Part shown: piece by piece, positions 1 to 9,815 of the stretch
Numbering within the stretch: position 1 is the first letter of the stretch
Layout of the letters: every line of letters starts with the position of its first letter
Source of the DNA: Gemmatimonadota bacterium
Lineage (GTDB): Bacteria; Gemmatimonadota; Gemmatimonadetes; Gemmatimonadales; GWC2-71-9
Reading direction: 5' to 3'
Assembly (NCBI GenBank): GCA_039584755.1
Contig: JBDGXD010000002.1
Location: 2,706 to 66,705, forward strand
DNA: 64,000 nt
Notes under the pieces: generated by a model
Told to the model about the DNA's origin: nothing
The model's input: the letters and a program-made list of their open reading frames with translations, nothing else
Database searches by the model: none
Position numbers and translations under genes: made by a program

Positions 1-543
1 TAACGAATCGATGATGTCAGCGTTCACGGGGTCCAAGCCTGATGTCGGCTCATCGTAGAGGAGATAAGTGGGCTGCCCGGCAATTGCCCTGGCCAGGCCG
101 ACTCGCTTTCTCATCCCCCCGGAGAGATCAGCAGGGAATTTGCCTGCCGTGCTCTGCGGCAGGTTCACGTGTTCGAGACACTCTATGACTCGGTGTTCAC
201 AATACTCCTTGCTAGAACTGCATTCTTCGTCTGTGATTCCCAGTTTGATGTTATCAAACACATTCATTGAATCGAAGAGCGCACCGAACTGGAAGACATA
301 TCCGATGGAGCTGCGGAGCCTAGCGAGGTCATTCCGCTTGAGGTGCGCGACCTCCATTCCATCGACATTCACCGTACCGGCATCAGGGTGAAGCAGGCCG
401 TTTATGTGTTTCAAGAGCACACTCTTGCCAGTGCCCGATGGCCCCAACAGCGCAACCGTCTCACCCCGCTGCACTTCGAAATCCACCCCGTCCAGCACAA
501 CAAGGTCGCCGAAACGCTTGTGAACATTGGATAGCGTTATCAC
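1..543 (-). CDS. mlaF: ABC transporter ATP-binding protein, MlaF-like (3' end runs off the window)
   Basis: Absent from the ORF track because there is no stop in the window. Reverse translation from GTG at 543 gives VITLSNVHKRFGDLVVLDGVDFEVQRGETVALLGPSGTGKSVLLKH (Walker A) ... ADLSGGMRKRVGLARAIAGQPTYLLYDEPTSGLDP (LSGG signature plus Walker B). It starts 38 nt downstream of the permease gene. Confidence 0.85.
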   Translation of the reverse strand, partial: MITLSNVHKRFGDLVVLDGVDFEVQRGETVALLGPSGTGKSVLLKHINGLLHPDAGTVNVDGMEVAHLKRNDLARLRSSIGYVFQFGALFDSMNVFDNIKLGITDEECSSSKEYCEHRVIECLEHVNLPQSTAGKFPADLSGGMRKRVGLARAIAGQPTYLLYDEPTSGLDPVNADIIDSL

Positions 544-580
544 GCCTCAATCTCCATTGAGCTCGGTGACCAGCTTTCCC

Positions 581-1426
581 TCACTGCAGCAACACCTTGG
601 CGAGGGCCACATCGAGGAATAGGATCAAGACCGACGCACTCACCACAGCCGTTGTCGTCGAGCGTCCCACTCCCTCGGCACCTTGCTTGGTACTGAATCC
701 CATGTAGCAGGGGACGATGGTTATCGCCAGACCGAATGCCAGCGACTTGATCATTGAATACCAGAGGTCGAATGGCTTGAAGAAGTAGCGCGCACCGTAC
801 ACAAAGTCTGCGTTGCTAATGCCAAGTGCTCCCTTCGCAGCAATCCACCCAGCACCTATACCGACAGCATCCGCAAACACCACTAGTACCGGTAGCATCA
901 GCGTACCGGCAATCACACGCGGGATTATCAAGTGTGAGACCGAGGACCGCCCCAGGCTTTCGAGCGCGTCGATCTGCTCGGTCACGCGCATCGTACCCAG
1001 CTCGGCGGCATATCTCGCGCCGATGCGGCCCGCCAGAATCAGACCCGTCAACACCGGCCCGAGCTCCAGTACGATCGACTCCACTATCACGCCGGCGGCG
1101 AAGTACACGGGAATACCGCCAGTGAATTGATATCCCGCCTGAAGCGACGTGACGCCGCCAGCGAAGCCCGCCGTCAACAGCACTATGAACAGTGAACCGT
1201 AGCCCACATGTACACCCTGCTCGGCTGCCCTCGGCAGCCAGATTCGCCACTCAGGAAGTCCCCGCATCACCTCCCACAGCAGGTATGCAATGCGACCGAT
1301 ATGGCTGGTCGCTCTCAGGCTTGCTCGACCGACGATTCTCCTGACGTCGATCGATGGACCCGGATCGATAGCCTGATATGAGTCGGTGAGGCGCCAGTTC
1401 TGTGCCATTATGTCCCGCCGTCCCAA
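581..1426 (-). CDS. mlaE: MlaE-family ABC transporter permease
   Basis: 281-aa polytopic membrane ORF. The sequence pattern (GVHVGYGSLFIVLLTAGFAGGVTSLQAGYQF ... TEQIDALESLG) is typical of the MlaE/YrbE/Ttg2B family. It sits immediately upstream of the ATPase gene. Confidence 0.85.
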   Translation of the reverse strand: MGRRDIMAQNWRLTDSYQAIDPGPSIDVRRIVGRASLRATSHIGRIAYLLWEVMRGLPEWRIWLPRAAEQGVHVGYGSLFIVLLTAGFAGGVTSLQAGYQFTGGIPVYFAAGVIVESIVLELGPVLTGLILAGRIGARYAAELGTMRVTEQIDALESLGRSSVSHLIIPRVIAGTLMLPVLVVFADAVGIGAGWIAAKGALGISNADFVYGARYFFKPFDLWYSMIKSLAFGLAITIVPCYMGFSTKQGAEGVGRSTTTAVVSASVLILFLDVALAKVLLQ

Positions 1427-1578
1427 GCGTTCTTCATGTCCCTACCGCACCCGAGATCACCGCAGCGCACTCGAATGTTCGCGGATCCGCAGCATGGAGT
1501 CCAGGACCAAACGGTAACACCTGTGCGACAGGTAATAGTCAAGAGACGAGGTTGACGAGGTCACCCAAGGATCGCTAC

Positions 1579-2043
1579 CTACAGCACCACGCCGGTGAAC
1601 AGTGCCAGCAGCGCCAGGGCACCGCCAACAAAGGACACCTGCATCTGCCGTCGGCGATAGTGGCCCACTACCGGCAGCAGCTGGCCGTCATCCGTCAAAA
1701 CCGCAAGCCCACCCAGCTTGATCGCAGTGGGGATTCCAACCAGGAGGACCAGCGCCCCACCTATCAGTCCGGCCCCCTCCATTACCCACAGGCCCACAGT
1801 CGGCGCGGACCTTTCGGCCTCCCCACTCTGCACCAACCACATCGTCCACACAACTCCGGTGCCCACAGTCAACACAGCTCCTAGACCGATAACCACAGTG
1901 TGCACATGCCGCAACAGCCGGTACACCGCTGCCTGGACCACGATCGACTCCTGTCGAACCGTGATCGTCACCAAGATGGCCGCGGCCGCTCCCCCAATCC
2001 AAAGAGCCGTGCCCAAGAAGTGAAGGAAACGCACGAAAGCCAT
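1579..2043 (-). CDS. Hypothetical integral membrane protein (4 predicted TM helices)
   Basis: 154-aa hydrophobic ORF. Its ATG overlaps the upstream gene's stop codon (TAATG at 2043), which suggests translational coupling. No family was recognised with certainty. Confidence 0.6.
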   Translation of the reverse strand: MAFVRFLHFLGTALWIGGAAAAILVTITVRQESIVVQAAVYRLLRHVHTVVIGLGAVLTVGTGVVWTMWLVQSGEAERSAPTVGLWVMEGAGLIGGALVLLVGIPTAIKLGGLAVLTDDGQLLPVVGHYRRRQMQVSFVGGALALLALFTGVVL

Positions 2044-2474
2044 TACTCAGATCCCCCCCGGATCAACTCGGGCACCAATTCCTGGCGGCCGGCAAAACCA
2101 GCATCCAGCTCATGCCAGTATGTGATTTCCTTCTCCCCGATTTTCCAGCATAGGAAGACGTCCCTCCCCTCCAGACGAGAAAAGAAGTCGACCAGCCCGC
2201 CGTCAAAACCTTTGAACACGCATCCCACTGCGGACAACTCATCCAGGTACTCGTTTATCTGTCGCGCAAGCTTATCCACCTCTTTCCGGGCCACCGCCTG
2301 TTCCTCGGTCTCACCGTGGTCAATGCGGCTGCCCGCAGCAACTACTTCGTACAGTCCCACGCCATCCTGCCATTTCTTGTAGGTATCCACGATATCGCAG
2401 ACGACGGGACGCACATACGGCAGCGTCCGGTTGGCCTCCTCCAGCGTGAAATATTGAATCGATTGGTCTGCCAT
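2043..2474 (-). CDS. DUF2203-family protein
   Basis: 143-aa ORF. The N-terminus FTLEEANRTLPYVRPVV and overall pattern match my recollection of DUF2203. Confidence 0.7.
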   Translation of the reverse strand: MADQSIQYFTLEEANRTLPYVRPVVCDIVDTYKKWQDGVGLYEVVAAGSRIDHGETEEQAVARKEVDKLARQINEYLDELSAVGCVFKGFDGGLVDFFSRLEGRDVFLCWKIGEKEITYWHELDAGFAGRQELVPELIRGGSE

Positions 2475-2599
2475 CTACATCCCCGGCGATGACGGAACTG
2501 TGGTGCTGGCCGTAAACTAATAACTGTATTGTCCGAGCCACGACTCTTGAAGATCCCGGCGCCTTCTGGCAATCGCCACCTGGCTAGCTTCCCTGCGAA

Positions 2600-3433
2600 T
2601 CATCGGTCCTTGATCCAATGATCTAACGCGCGGACCGCCGCCCGATAACCCTCCTCAACATAGGTGACGGCCGCATCCAGAGCGAACGTGGCTTGTTGCT
2701 GACGTTTCGGCCGCACAAGGACCAGCGGTATCTCTCTGTCTTGCCACATGGCAACCTCGGCCTCGACCTGGGCAGCCATGAGAATGCGGGTTGCCTCATC
2801 GTGCGCTCGAACCATTGCCGGTAATGGAGTCGCCCGGTCAGGAGGATCCGAGTAAAGAGAAGGCCCCACGTCGACTGCGAAAATCATGTCGGGATCGAAC
2901 TCGCCTGCCACAGTCAAGGGGAGAACTGCTCTCACCCCTCCATCAATGCAGTCTAGGTCTTCTATTCGACCGGGTGGATAGTATAACGGCAGCGCGCAGG
3001 ATGCGTACAGCGCATCCACCAGAGGAATACCAAGCCGTCCGCCGGTACCTAGTAACAACAACTCGCCGCTGGATGCATCTACCGTGGTAACGGTAAGCGG
3101 GACCTCGAGTTCATCGAACTGGCGTGCCGGCACCAACCGACCAATCGTGCGTCGCAGCGGCTCCGCCCGCAGTAAACTGGATGCGAAGGGTCCCAGGATG
3201 ACGCTGAGTGAGACCGCAGCCACATCGCGTCTGGTAACGGAAGTGATGCGCTTCACGGCCTCGGCATAGGAAAGCCCGCTGGCAAACAACGCTGCGACCA
3301 CCGCTCCCATCGAAGTACCAACGTAATGTGCCGGACTCAGGTCTCTCTCTCTCAACGCCTCAATAGCGCCGATCTGGGCAGCGGCCTTAACACCGCCACC
3401 ACTGAATACGGCGATCACCCGTAGCGGCTTCAC
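2600..3433 (-). CDS. Patatin-like phospholipase
   Basis: 277-aa ORF with the oxyanion motif FSGGGVKAAAQIG, the nucleophile elbow GTSMG (GxSxG), and a later DGG motif. Confidence 0.85.
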   Translation of the reverse strand: MKPLRVIAVFSGGGVKAAAQIGAIEALRERDLSPAHYVGTSMGAVVAALFASGLSYAEAVKRITSVTRRDVAAVSLSVILGPFASSLLRAEPLRRTIGRLVPARQFDELEVPLTVTTVDASSGELLLLGTGGRLGIPLVDALYASCALPLYYPPGRIEDLDCIDGGVRAVLPLTVAGEFDPDMIFAVDVGPSLYSDPPDRATPLPAMVRAHDEATRILMAAQVEAEVAMWQDREIPLVLVRPKRQQQATFALDAAVTYVEEGYRAAVRALDHWIKDR

Positions 3434-3921
3434 CGCCGCTCGCTCCCGAGCTTCTCATCTCTCCGTCGGCGGCGCTCCTTGGCATGCTCGTACCATTCCT
3501 TCTCCTGCTCCGACTCAGGCATGACCTTCGGTACGGGAATGGGATGGCCTTCATTATCAATTGCCACAAAGGTCAGGTAACAACTGTTTGTGTGCCGTCG
3601 TTCACCGGTCACCAAGTTCTCGGCCTCCACCCTGACTCCAATGTCCAACGATGTACGGCCCACATAGTTCACGTTTGCCTTGGCCATCACGAGCTCACCC
3701 AGGTGGATCGGTTCTCTGAACTCCACCCGATCGATCGATACCGTCACGCAGGCACTCTGAGCATGACGCACTGCTGCAACTACCGCTGCGCGGTCGATCA
3801 GCGACAAGATCACACCACCAAACACGTTCCCCAGATTGTTCGCCATGTTGGGCATCATCAGCTCAGTCATGGTGGACTGAGATGCAGCGGCGGGGCGGGG
3901 CGCCAGTCGACTGGAGGTCAT
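3430..3921 (-). CDS. Acyl-CoA thioesterase (hotdog fold, YciA-like)
   Basis: 163-aa ORF. The stretch MPNMANNLGNVFGGVILSLIDRAA ... is typical of hotdog thioesterases. It overlaps the patatin gene by 4 nt, consistent with an operon. Confidence 0.8.
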   Translation of the reverse strand: MTSSRLAPRPAAASQSTMTELMMPNMANNLGNVFGGVILSLIDRAAVVAAVRHAQSACVTVSIDRVEFREPIHLGELVMAKANVNYVGRTSLDIGVRVEAENLVTGERRHTNSCYLTFVAIDNEGHPIPVPKVMPESEQEKEWYEHAKERRRRRDEKLGSERR

Positions 3922-3996
3922 TCGATCTCCTTCCCGTTCATCCGGTCCTCATTATGGGAAGACAACGGTTCGGAGTGAGAGGAGCAGTTGTGACGG

Positions 3997-5796
3997 TCAA
4001 TAGTCGACCGGTCTCAAGTACGACTCTCCAATCGCGGTTCCACTCACCATCGCCACTGTAGGGAGTCGTCTCTTCCAATGCGTGCCGTGCAATCTCGTGC
4101 TCACCAACTGCACATCGGATGGTTCGAATCCAAGCATGACAATCTGTTCATTGCGCAGTCCTTTGAGCAGCCAATAGAGAATCCGATCGGCCCTGACATA
4201 GGAGATCCCCAGATCGCCCTCGTCTGTTTGGCCCGCCACCAAATCGGCCGTAGCGGGCTTCGATAGCACAGCTTCTGGAACCCCGACGTGTCTGGCCAAC
4301 TCCCAGATTTGAGTCTTGAAGAGATCACCCAAAGGATTCACCGGCGGAGAATCGTCCGCGTGCCACGTGTAGTACCCCAGCAGGCGTTCTGTCTTGTTAC
4401 CCGTACCTAATGGTAGCGCATCGTATTTGGCCGAGAGATCGAACAAAGTAACCATTCGGATCCGGGCCATGATGTTGCCGCGCCGCGTCGGATTCGCGTG
4501 CTTGTCGGCAGCACCCAGGTAGCCGTCCACGGCGTTACTGATATCGACGGTCTCGAGACTGATGCCCAGTTTGTCAGCAATGTGTTCAGCGTGCTCGAGG
4601 CTTTCCGGGCTGGAGGTTCGGTATGGCATCCGCACACCTATCACGTTCTCGGGTCCCAAGGCCTTGGCTGCAAGCGACGCAGTCAGAGCACTGTCCACTC
4701 CACCCGAGAGACCGACGATTCCCTTCTTGAAGCCACGACGACGTACCACCTCATCTTCCAGAAACGCAGTCAGCCAACGCGCAGTGAGTTCGCAATCGAT
4801 TGACAGTGGATCGGTACTCTCATCGCTGATGACGACGGGCAGTTCGGCCCGTCCTGCTGTGGTGGCTTGCGTCCCTGACGACGCAGCGGGGTCGTACTCA
4901 ATCTGGATTGGATCGGTGTCGATCGAGCGCAACAAGTTGAGAAGCTGGGTCTCGAGATCTCCCAACAAGGGTTGCTCCGCGCGAGCCCTAGTAATCGCAT
5001 CAAGGTCTAGGTTGGCAACGACCATTCCCTCCTCAAAAACGGGACCTCGGGCCAACACCAGACCGTCGGGACCGACAAGAGTAGAACTCCCCTGGAAACC
5101 CTTGCCACCTTCGAAGCCGACCAACTGAGCCAGTACCGTGAAGACACCGTGCTCTTCGGCCATGTGTTGCAGCAAACGTTCCCATCGTTCAACACTTGCG
5201 GGCCGGGATTGAACTTCTGCAGGTGAGCTCTCTGCCGGAGCCACTCCGCGAGCTGGCGCCGCAGACAACACAATCAGCACCTGCGCCCCATCTAGAGCAG
5301 CCAAGGTTCCGGTAATCGAGTGCCAGGCATCTTCACACACCAGCATCGCCGCCCGGCCCCAGCGTGTATCAAACGCATGCACCGTGGAACCGCGCTCAAC
5401 GAAGCGCTGCTCGTCAAACAGGCCGTAGGTGGGCAAGAACACCTTGCGATGCACATGCTTGATCTCGGCCTCGCGCCCCAGTGATGCGTATAGGGCCGAG
5501 TTGTAATAGCGATTGCGAAACTCCTCATAAAAGCCGATCGCCACATCCAGCTGTGGTGCTCCGGACTCTTCGTGCAACTCGACTAGGTTTCGCAACAGAG
5601 TTGCGGCGGTGACTGCAACCTCCCCAACACCACCCTCGAGGAAATATCCGGACATCACGCTTTCGGGAAACACAAGTAGGTCCGGCATGTGATCCCAAGA
5701 TGCAACGTCACCAAGCACTTCACCAACGCGCATCAAGTTGGCGGCGTAGTCAGCTTTTGTTGGCCTTATCTGAGCAATTGCAGTGCGGACTCTCAT
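3997..5796 (-). CDS. nadE: Glutamine-dependent NAD+ synthetase
   Basis: N-terminal CN-hydrolase/nitrilase domain (VFPE ..., LVCEDAWH) fused to an NAD-synthetase domain (VGLSGGVDSA P-loop). The ORF track extends to 5853. I prefer the internal start MRVRTAIAQ at 5796, which fits the family N-terminus. Confidence 0.9.
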   Translation of the reverse strand: MRVRTAIAQIRPTKADYAANLMRVGEVLGDVASWDHMPDLLVFPESVMSGYFLEGGVGEVAVTAATLLRNLVELHEESGAPQLDVAIGFYEEFRNRYYNSALYASLGREAEIKHVHRKVFLPTYGLFDEQRFVERGSTVHAFDTRWGRAAMLVCEDAWHSITGTLAALDGAQVLIVLSAAPARGVAPAESSPAEVQSRPASVERWERLLQHMAEEHGVFTVLAQLVGFEGGKGFQGSSTLVGPDGLVLARGPVFEEGMVVANLDLDAITRARAEQPLLGDLETQLLNLLRSIDTDPIQIEYDPAASSGTQATTAGRAELPVVISDESTDPLSIDCELTARWLTAFLEDEVVRRRGFKKGIVGLSGGVDSALTASLAAKALGPENVIGVRMPYRTSSPESLEHAEHIADKLGISLETVDISNAVDGYLGAADKHANPTRRGNIMARIRMVTLFDLSAKYDALPLGTGNKTERLLGYYTWHADDSPPVNPLGDLFKTQIWELARHVGVPEAVLSKPATADLVAGQTDEGDLGISYVRADRILYWLLKGLRNEQIVMLGFEPSDVQLVSTRLHGTHWKRRLPTVAMVSGTAIGESYLRPVDY

Positions 5797-6634
5797 TACG
5801 ACAGAAGATACACAGCTGAGTGGTAGGGAGTAGGGGAGCCGGATCAGGTCCATTTGCTGGGCTACCGGCTACCATATCCTGCAATGTTGCAGCGCATTGG
5901 GGGAAAGGGTCTCCGTAGAATCGGCTGGACAGAAAACCGAATATGGACGTGACCCTCTGCTGCAGTTCGCTCAGGGCCGGCGACCACATTGACAGGGCTC
6001 GCTTGGACGAACCAGGCATCTCGGCCTGCTTCCTCGGGTGGGAACGCGGGCTGACCCATCTTATGTAGGCAAAGTCGGCCGTCGGCTGCTGTGCCAAATC
6101 CAGCATCAGTCTCCGTCTTATCCACCGATCGTCTGTCAAGACAAGTGCGACGTTACGTGATCGCAGAAGCTCGAGTAGCTCGACTGTCATCCAGTCTGCC
6201 CTCCTGCACTCCAACGCCCACTTGAACCCAGCCGGTAAGGACTGTACGAAGTTCGTTAGAGCACGGCGTGTCTCATCGCTCGGGGAAATGGCGGTAGACA
6301 TGCTCAATAGCAGAGGTCCCAGTTTGTTCTCCAGCAGGATCACTCGCTCCAAAAAGCGCGACAGCAACTTGCTGGTACCCACAAACCGACGCTCGTGCGT
6401 GACTTGCTGTGGAACCTTCAGGGCAAACTGGAACCCGTCCGGGACCGCCTCACGCCAGGCCTCCACCAGCGACGCAGGTGGGATCCCCGCAAACGTGTCG
6501 GCGATCTCGACCGTGGGGTAGTCGGCTGCGTAAACCCGCAGTATCTCGAATTCCCCACTTGCGTGTCGATCGTAGGGACCCGGACATTCGAACTGGTTCC
6601 AACCATGACATCCCAGAAACAAGGAAGTGCCCAT
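5750..6634 (-). CDS. DUF72 (UPF0759) family protein
   Basis: 294-aa ORF. LGCHGWNQ ... YPTVEIADTFAGIP ... FQFALKVPQQVTHE matches the DUF72 pattern. Its 3' end overlaps the nadE start region. Confidence 0.8.
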   Translation of the reverse strand: MGTSLFLGCHGWNQFECPGPYDRHASGEFEILRVYAADYPTVEIADTFAGIPPASLVEAWREAVPDGFQFALKVPQQVTHERRFVGTSKLLSRFLERVILLENKLGPLLLSMSTAISPSDETRRALTNFVQSLPAGFKWALECRRADWMTVELLELLRSRNVALVLTDDRWIRRRLMLDLAQQPTADFAYIRWVSPRSHPRKQAEMPGSSKRALSMWSPALSELQQRVTSIFGFLSSRFYGDPFPQCAATLQDMVAGSPANGPDPAPLLPTTQLCIFCRNESPHCNCSDKANKS

Positions 6635-6645
6635 CGTCCGGCCCG

Positions 6646-7038
6646 CTACTTCGATGTTCGGTGCCAGTACATCCGCATCTCCGCTATCTTCCCCTCGATG
6701 GTCTCACAGAACAGGGCACCGCGCACGTCCATTATCTGCCCGGTGCGGCGGCGGCGGAACGTGCATTTGATCTCAGTGGCAAACCAAGGACCGGCCACAA
6801 ACATCTCGCCGAAGCGAAACGCGATTTCGGCTTGTTCACGCGGGATGTCCTTCCAATACTCGACGATCGCCGGCTTGCCTCGTAGTGGGGTATCCAGCGG
6901 ACTGGGATACAGGACTCCATCTTCGGTAAAGAGATCGGCAATCTCCTCCGGCTCGCCTCTCTCCCACCCTTTGCCGAACCGATCGATAAGCTCGGCGTAT
7001 GCGGGTTGCAGCTCTTTCCAACCAGTGGGTGCAGTCAT
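6646..7038 (-). CDS. SnoaL/NTF2-like fold protein
   Basis: 130-aa ORF with the composition and length of the NTF2-like family (... FTEDGVLYPSP ... IVEYWK ...). It reads better than the overlapping plus-strand ORFs. Confidence 0.65.
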   Translation of the reverse strand: MTAPTGWKELQPAYAELIDRFGKGWERGEPEEIADLFTEDGVLYPSPLDTPLRGKPAIVEYWKDIPREQAEIAFRFGEMFVAGPWFATEIKCTFRRRRTGQIMDVRGALFCETIEGKIAEMRMYWHRTSK

Positions 7039-7062
7039 GGTTTCGCGTGGACCCCCTTGGGC

Positions 7063-8055
7063 ATGATACCAACGTTAGGCTGTGACGGAGATGCACGCCA
7101 GTCCGATCGCCTGCCCTTGGTCATCGACACTGACCCCGGGATCGACGATGTGGTCACGTTGGCACTCGCAGCCCGTTCGCCCTCCCTGGACATCGTGGCC
7201 GTGACCACCACCTACGGTAATGCACCTCTGGATGCCACGACAAGGAACGCTCACGAAGTTCTCCGACTCGCAGGACGCAGCGACATACCCGTTTGGCCCG
7301 GGTGCGATAGGCCGCTGGTCAGGTCACTAACGACAGCTCCACAGGTCCATGGCATCACCGGTGTGGGTTACGCCCCCGTGCCCAGCCCTTCCCAGGCCGA
7401 TGGAACACCAAACGATCGGGTCCTGCTCGACATCTTGTCCCGCTGTCCCGAACCGGTCATTCTCGTGACCTTGGGACCACTCACAAACCTGGCCCGAGCA
7501 CTGGAGGAGGATTGTGACGTCGTCCAGTCACGGATCTGCCAACACATTGGTATGTTTGGTAGTCTAACGGAGCGGGGCAGCGTGGACCGCTGGGCAGATT
7601 TCAATGCCTGGTGTGATCCCGAGGCTGTCGACCATGTATTGCGCGCAGGTATGAACACGCACATGGTAGGACTGGACGTAACACGCAGGATGGTGTTGAG
7701 TAGAAGCGAAGTCAGTGCTCTTGCCTCTTCCTCGGATGCACTCGTCAAGTGGTTGGGTCAGGCACTACAGTTCAGCGTTGAAGCTCACGCTGAACGACTG
7801 CCGCTGAATGGCTGCGTCGTAAACGATGTCTTGACTGTCGGGGAATTGCTGTCACCTGGCATGCTGAGGTTTGTCACACACAGACTGAGGGTTGATCCCG
7901 GCGATGGCGAACACCGCGGTCGTACAAGAGCAGACTCCAATGGGTTTCGGACTCTCGTTGCGGTCGAAGCCGACACAGACCGTATGCACACAACACTCGC
8001 GCGCGTGTTGGGAAACGATGGCCTCGCTCAGTGGATCGTAGGAGGGAGCAGATGA
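7063..8055 (+). CDS. Nucleoside hydrolase (IUNH family)
   Basis: Carries the hallmark N-terminal motif LVIDTDPGIDDVVTLALA. The ORF track starts at 7006. I moved the start to ATG 7063 to avoid overlap with the convergently placed upstream gene. Confidence 0.85.
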   Translation: MIPTLGCDGDARQSDRLPLVIDTDPGIDDVVTLALAARSPSLDIVAVTTTYGNAPLDATTRNAHEVLRLAGRSDIPVWPGCDRPLVRSLTTAPQVHGITGVGYAPVPSPSQADGTPNDRVLLDILSRCPEPVILVTLGPLTNLARALEEDCDVVQSRICQHIGMFGSLTERGSVDRWADFNAWCDPEAVDHVLRAGMNTHMVGLDVTRRMVLSRSEVSALASSSDALVKWLGQALQFSVEAHAERLPLNGCVVNDVLTVGELLSPGMLRFVTHRLRVDPGDGEHRGRTRADSNGFRTLVAVEADTDRMHTTLARVLGNDGLAQWIVGGSR

Positions 8056-9029
8056 CGGGCGAAAACGTGCAGGTTGCGGTAGTTGGAATGGGTGAAACCG
8101 GCAGGGGATGGGCTGCGACGTGTGTGGCAGCCGGATGGCCCGTAGCGGTTTACGACAACGAGGCTCAGGCGCTCCGTGATGCACCAGACGAGATCAAAGA
8201 TCGAGCGCGTAGATTGGTTGCGCTCGAACAGGCAACCCAGAGTGTGGTGGATGCCGGGATAGCCTCCCTGAGAATTGGGCGTAGTCTGCTGCAGGCTTGT
8301 GGAGATGCGGTCTGGGTGATAGAGGCCGTCCGAGAGGACCTGCTGGTGAAGCAGAAGGTCCTCGAGGCAATAGAATCGGTGGCGGCGAACGCGCGGGTCA
8401 TAACCAGCTCATCCAGCGGATTGAGCGCCAAGGATGTCGCCGGTCGTTGCGTGCGACAGGACCGCTGCCTGGTCGCACATCCGCTCGATCCCGTAGAACT
8501 CATTCCGCTGGTCGAGCTTGCACCAAGCACTTACACCGATGGGGCATTGGTGGAACTGCTCAAAGGATGGCTGCGTGCTCTCGGTCGGATACCGGTGACC
8601 CTCAACAAGCAGGTTCCGGGAAACGTGGCCAATCGCATATCGGCCGCCGTATGGCGCGAATCCATTGATCTCGTTCTGAAGGGCGTCATCGACGTCGACG
8701 ATCTGGACCGCGCGGTGTCCCTGGGTCCAGCACTTGGCTGGGCGGCGGCAGGCCCACACCTCACGTATCAACTCGCCGCCGGCAACAAGGGTCTCGACGG
8801 CTTCCTCCAACATTTGCTGCACACGTTTGAGGACACCTGGGCCGACCTCGCAACTTGGTCGAAGCTCGAACCAGACCAACGCAGCAGGCTGATTCATGCA
8901 ATTGAACGCACATATGAGGACACCGTCGAGAAACTGAGGCCGTTGCGTGACAAGCGGCTTGCTGGGATACTGCGGAGTCTGGAACGAACCAGGCGGACCG
9001 TAGCGATGCGTTATGTCAGCGAGGAATAG
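8052..9029 (+). CDS. 3-hydroxyacyl-CoA dehydrogenase family protein (lambda-crystallin / L-carnitine dehydrogenase-like)
   Basis: Rossmann motif VAVVGMGETGRGWA plus the C-terminal HADH helical domain. ATG 8052 overlaps the upstream stop (ATGA) and is preceded by GGAGGGAG. Confidence 0.8.
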   Translation: MTGENVQVAVVGMGETGRGWAATCVAAGWPVAVYDNEAQALRDAPDEIKDRARRLVALEQATQSVVDAGIASLRIGRSLLQACGDAVWVIEAVREDLLVKQKVLEAIESVAANARVITSSSSGLSAKDVAGRCVRQDRCLVAHPLDPVELIPLVELAPSTYTDGALVELLKGWLRALGRIPVTLNKQVPGNVANRISAAVWRESIDLVLKGVIDVDDLDRAVSLGPALGWAAAGPHLTYQLAAGNKGLDGFLQHLLHTFEDTWADLATWSKLEPDQRSRLIHAIERTYEDTVEKLRPLRDKRLAGILRSLERTRRTVAMRYVSEE

Positions 9030-9041
9030 GAGTGGGGAGCC

Positions 9042-9743
9042 TCAGCCGACCTCTTTCTCCACCACGACGCACAACAGTGATTCAGCCAACTCGTGACCTA
9101 TGACCTGTTCTCGTACCGTAGGTCCGGCTAGCTCAATTGTTGTTGGGCCCCGGAATGGTTGCCGCGCTATCACCTCGAATGACACTCCGGGCCTCAGGCC
9201 CAGCGATGCAATGAAGCGCAAACGCTCCGCATCCTTGTCGCTGACCATTCGCAGCTGCGCGATGCCTCCTACCGGAACGTCTGCAAGAGAAACGTAGTCG
9301 GGTGTTTCTATGACACCTTCTTTGGTCGGAATGGGAGCCCCGTGCGGATCGTAACTGGGGTTATTCAGCGCCATTGCCATCCGTTCTATCAACCCGTCCG
9401 AGACAGCATGCTCGAGGCGCTCAGCCTCTTCATGCACCGAGTCCCAATCGTAGCCGAGTTTGGTCGTTAGGTAAGTCTCTACCACGCGGTGACGCCGTAC
9501 CATCTTCAAGGCAGTCCGCCTTCCGTCTTCTGTTAGTTGGACTCCCCGATATGGGACGTGCTCCAAAAGCCCGGCCTCTGACAACCGCTTCACCATTCCA
9601 CTGACCGACGGCGGCGCCACTTCTAGTGCGTTAGCAATAGCACTGGTCTGCGCCGGAGACCCGCCGAGTTCGAGTTCGTAGATGGCCTTGAGGTAGTCTT
9701 CGACCGACCTGGTGAGAGTTGATCCGCTCGATGTTCCTACCAC
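9042..9743 (-). CDS. DtxR/MntR-family metal-dependent transcriptional repressor with C-terminal FeoA/SH3-like domain
   Basis: 233-aa ORF. The N-terminal winged HTH (VEDYLKAIYELE ... TSAIANALEVAPPSVSGMVKRL) and the dimerisation/metal-binding region are typical of DtxR. The GTG start is preceded by GGAGGA. Confidence 0.85.
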   Translation of the reverse strand: MVGTSSGSTLTRSVEDYLKAIYELELGGSPAQTSAIANALEVAPPSVSGMVKRLSEAGLLEHVPYRGVQLTEDGRRTALKMVRRHRVVETYLTTKLGYDWDSVHEEAERLEHAVSDGLIERMAMALNNPSYDPHGAPIPTKEGVIETPDYVSLADVPVGGIAQLRMVSDKDAERLRFIASLGLRPGVSFEVIARQPFRGPTTIELAGPTVREQVIGHELAESLLCVVVEKEVG

Positions 9744-9815
9744 TCATCCTCCGGATGTTTTTGCATGCCTAAAGCTGGATCGAGCTACACCGAAACGCAA
9801 GCTATTGGCCATCTC

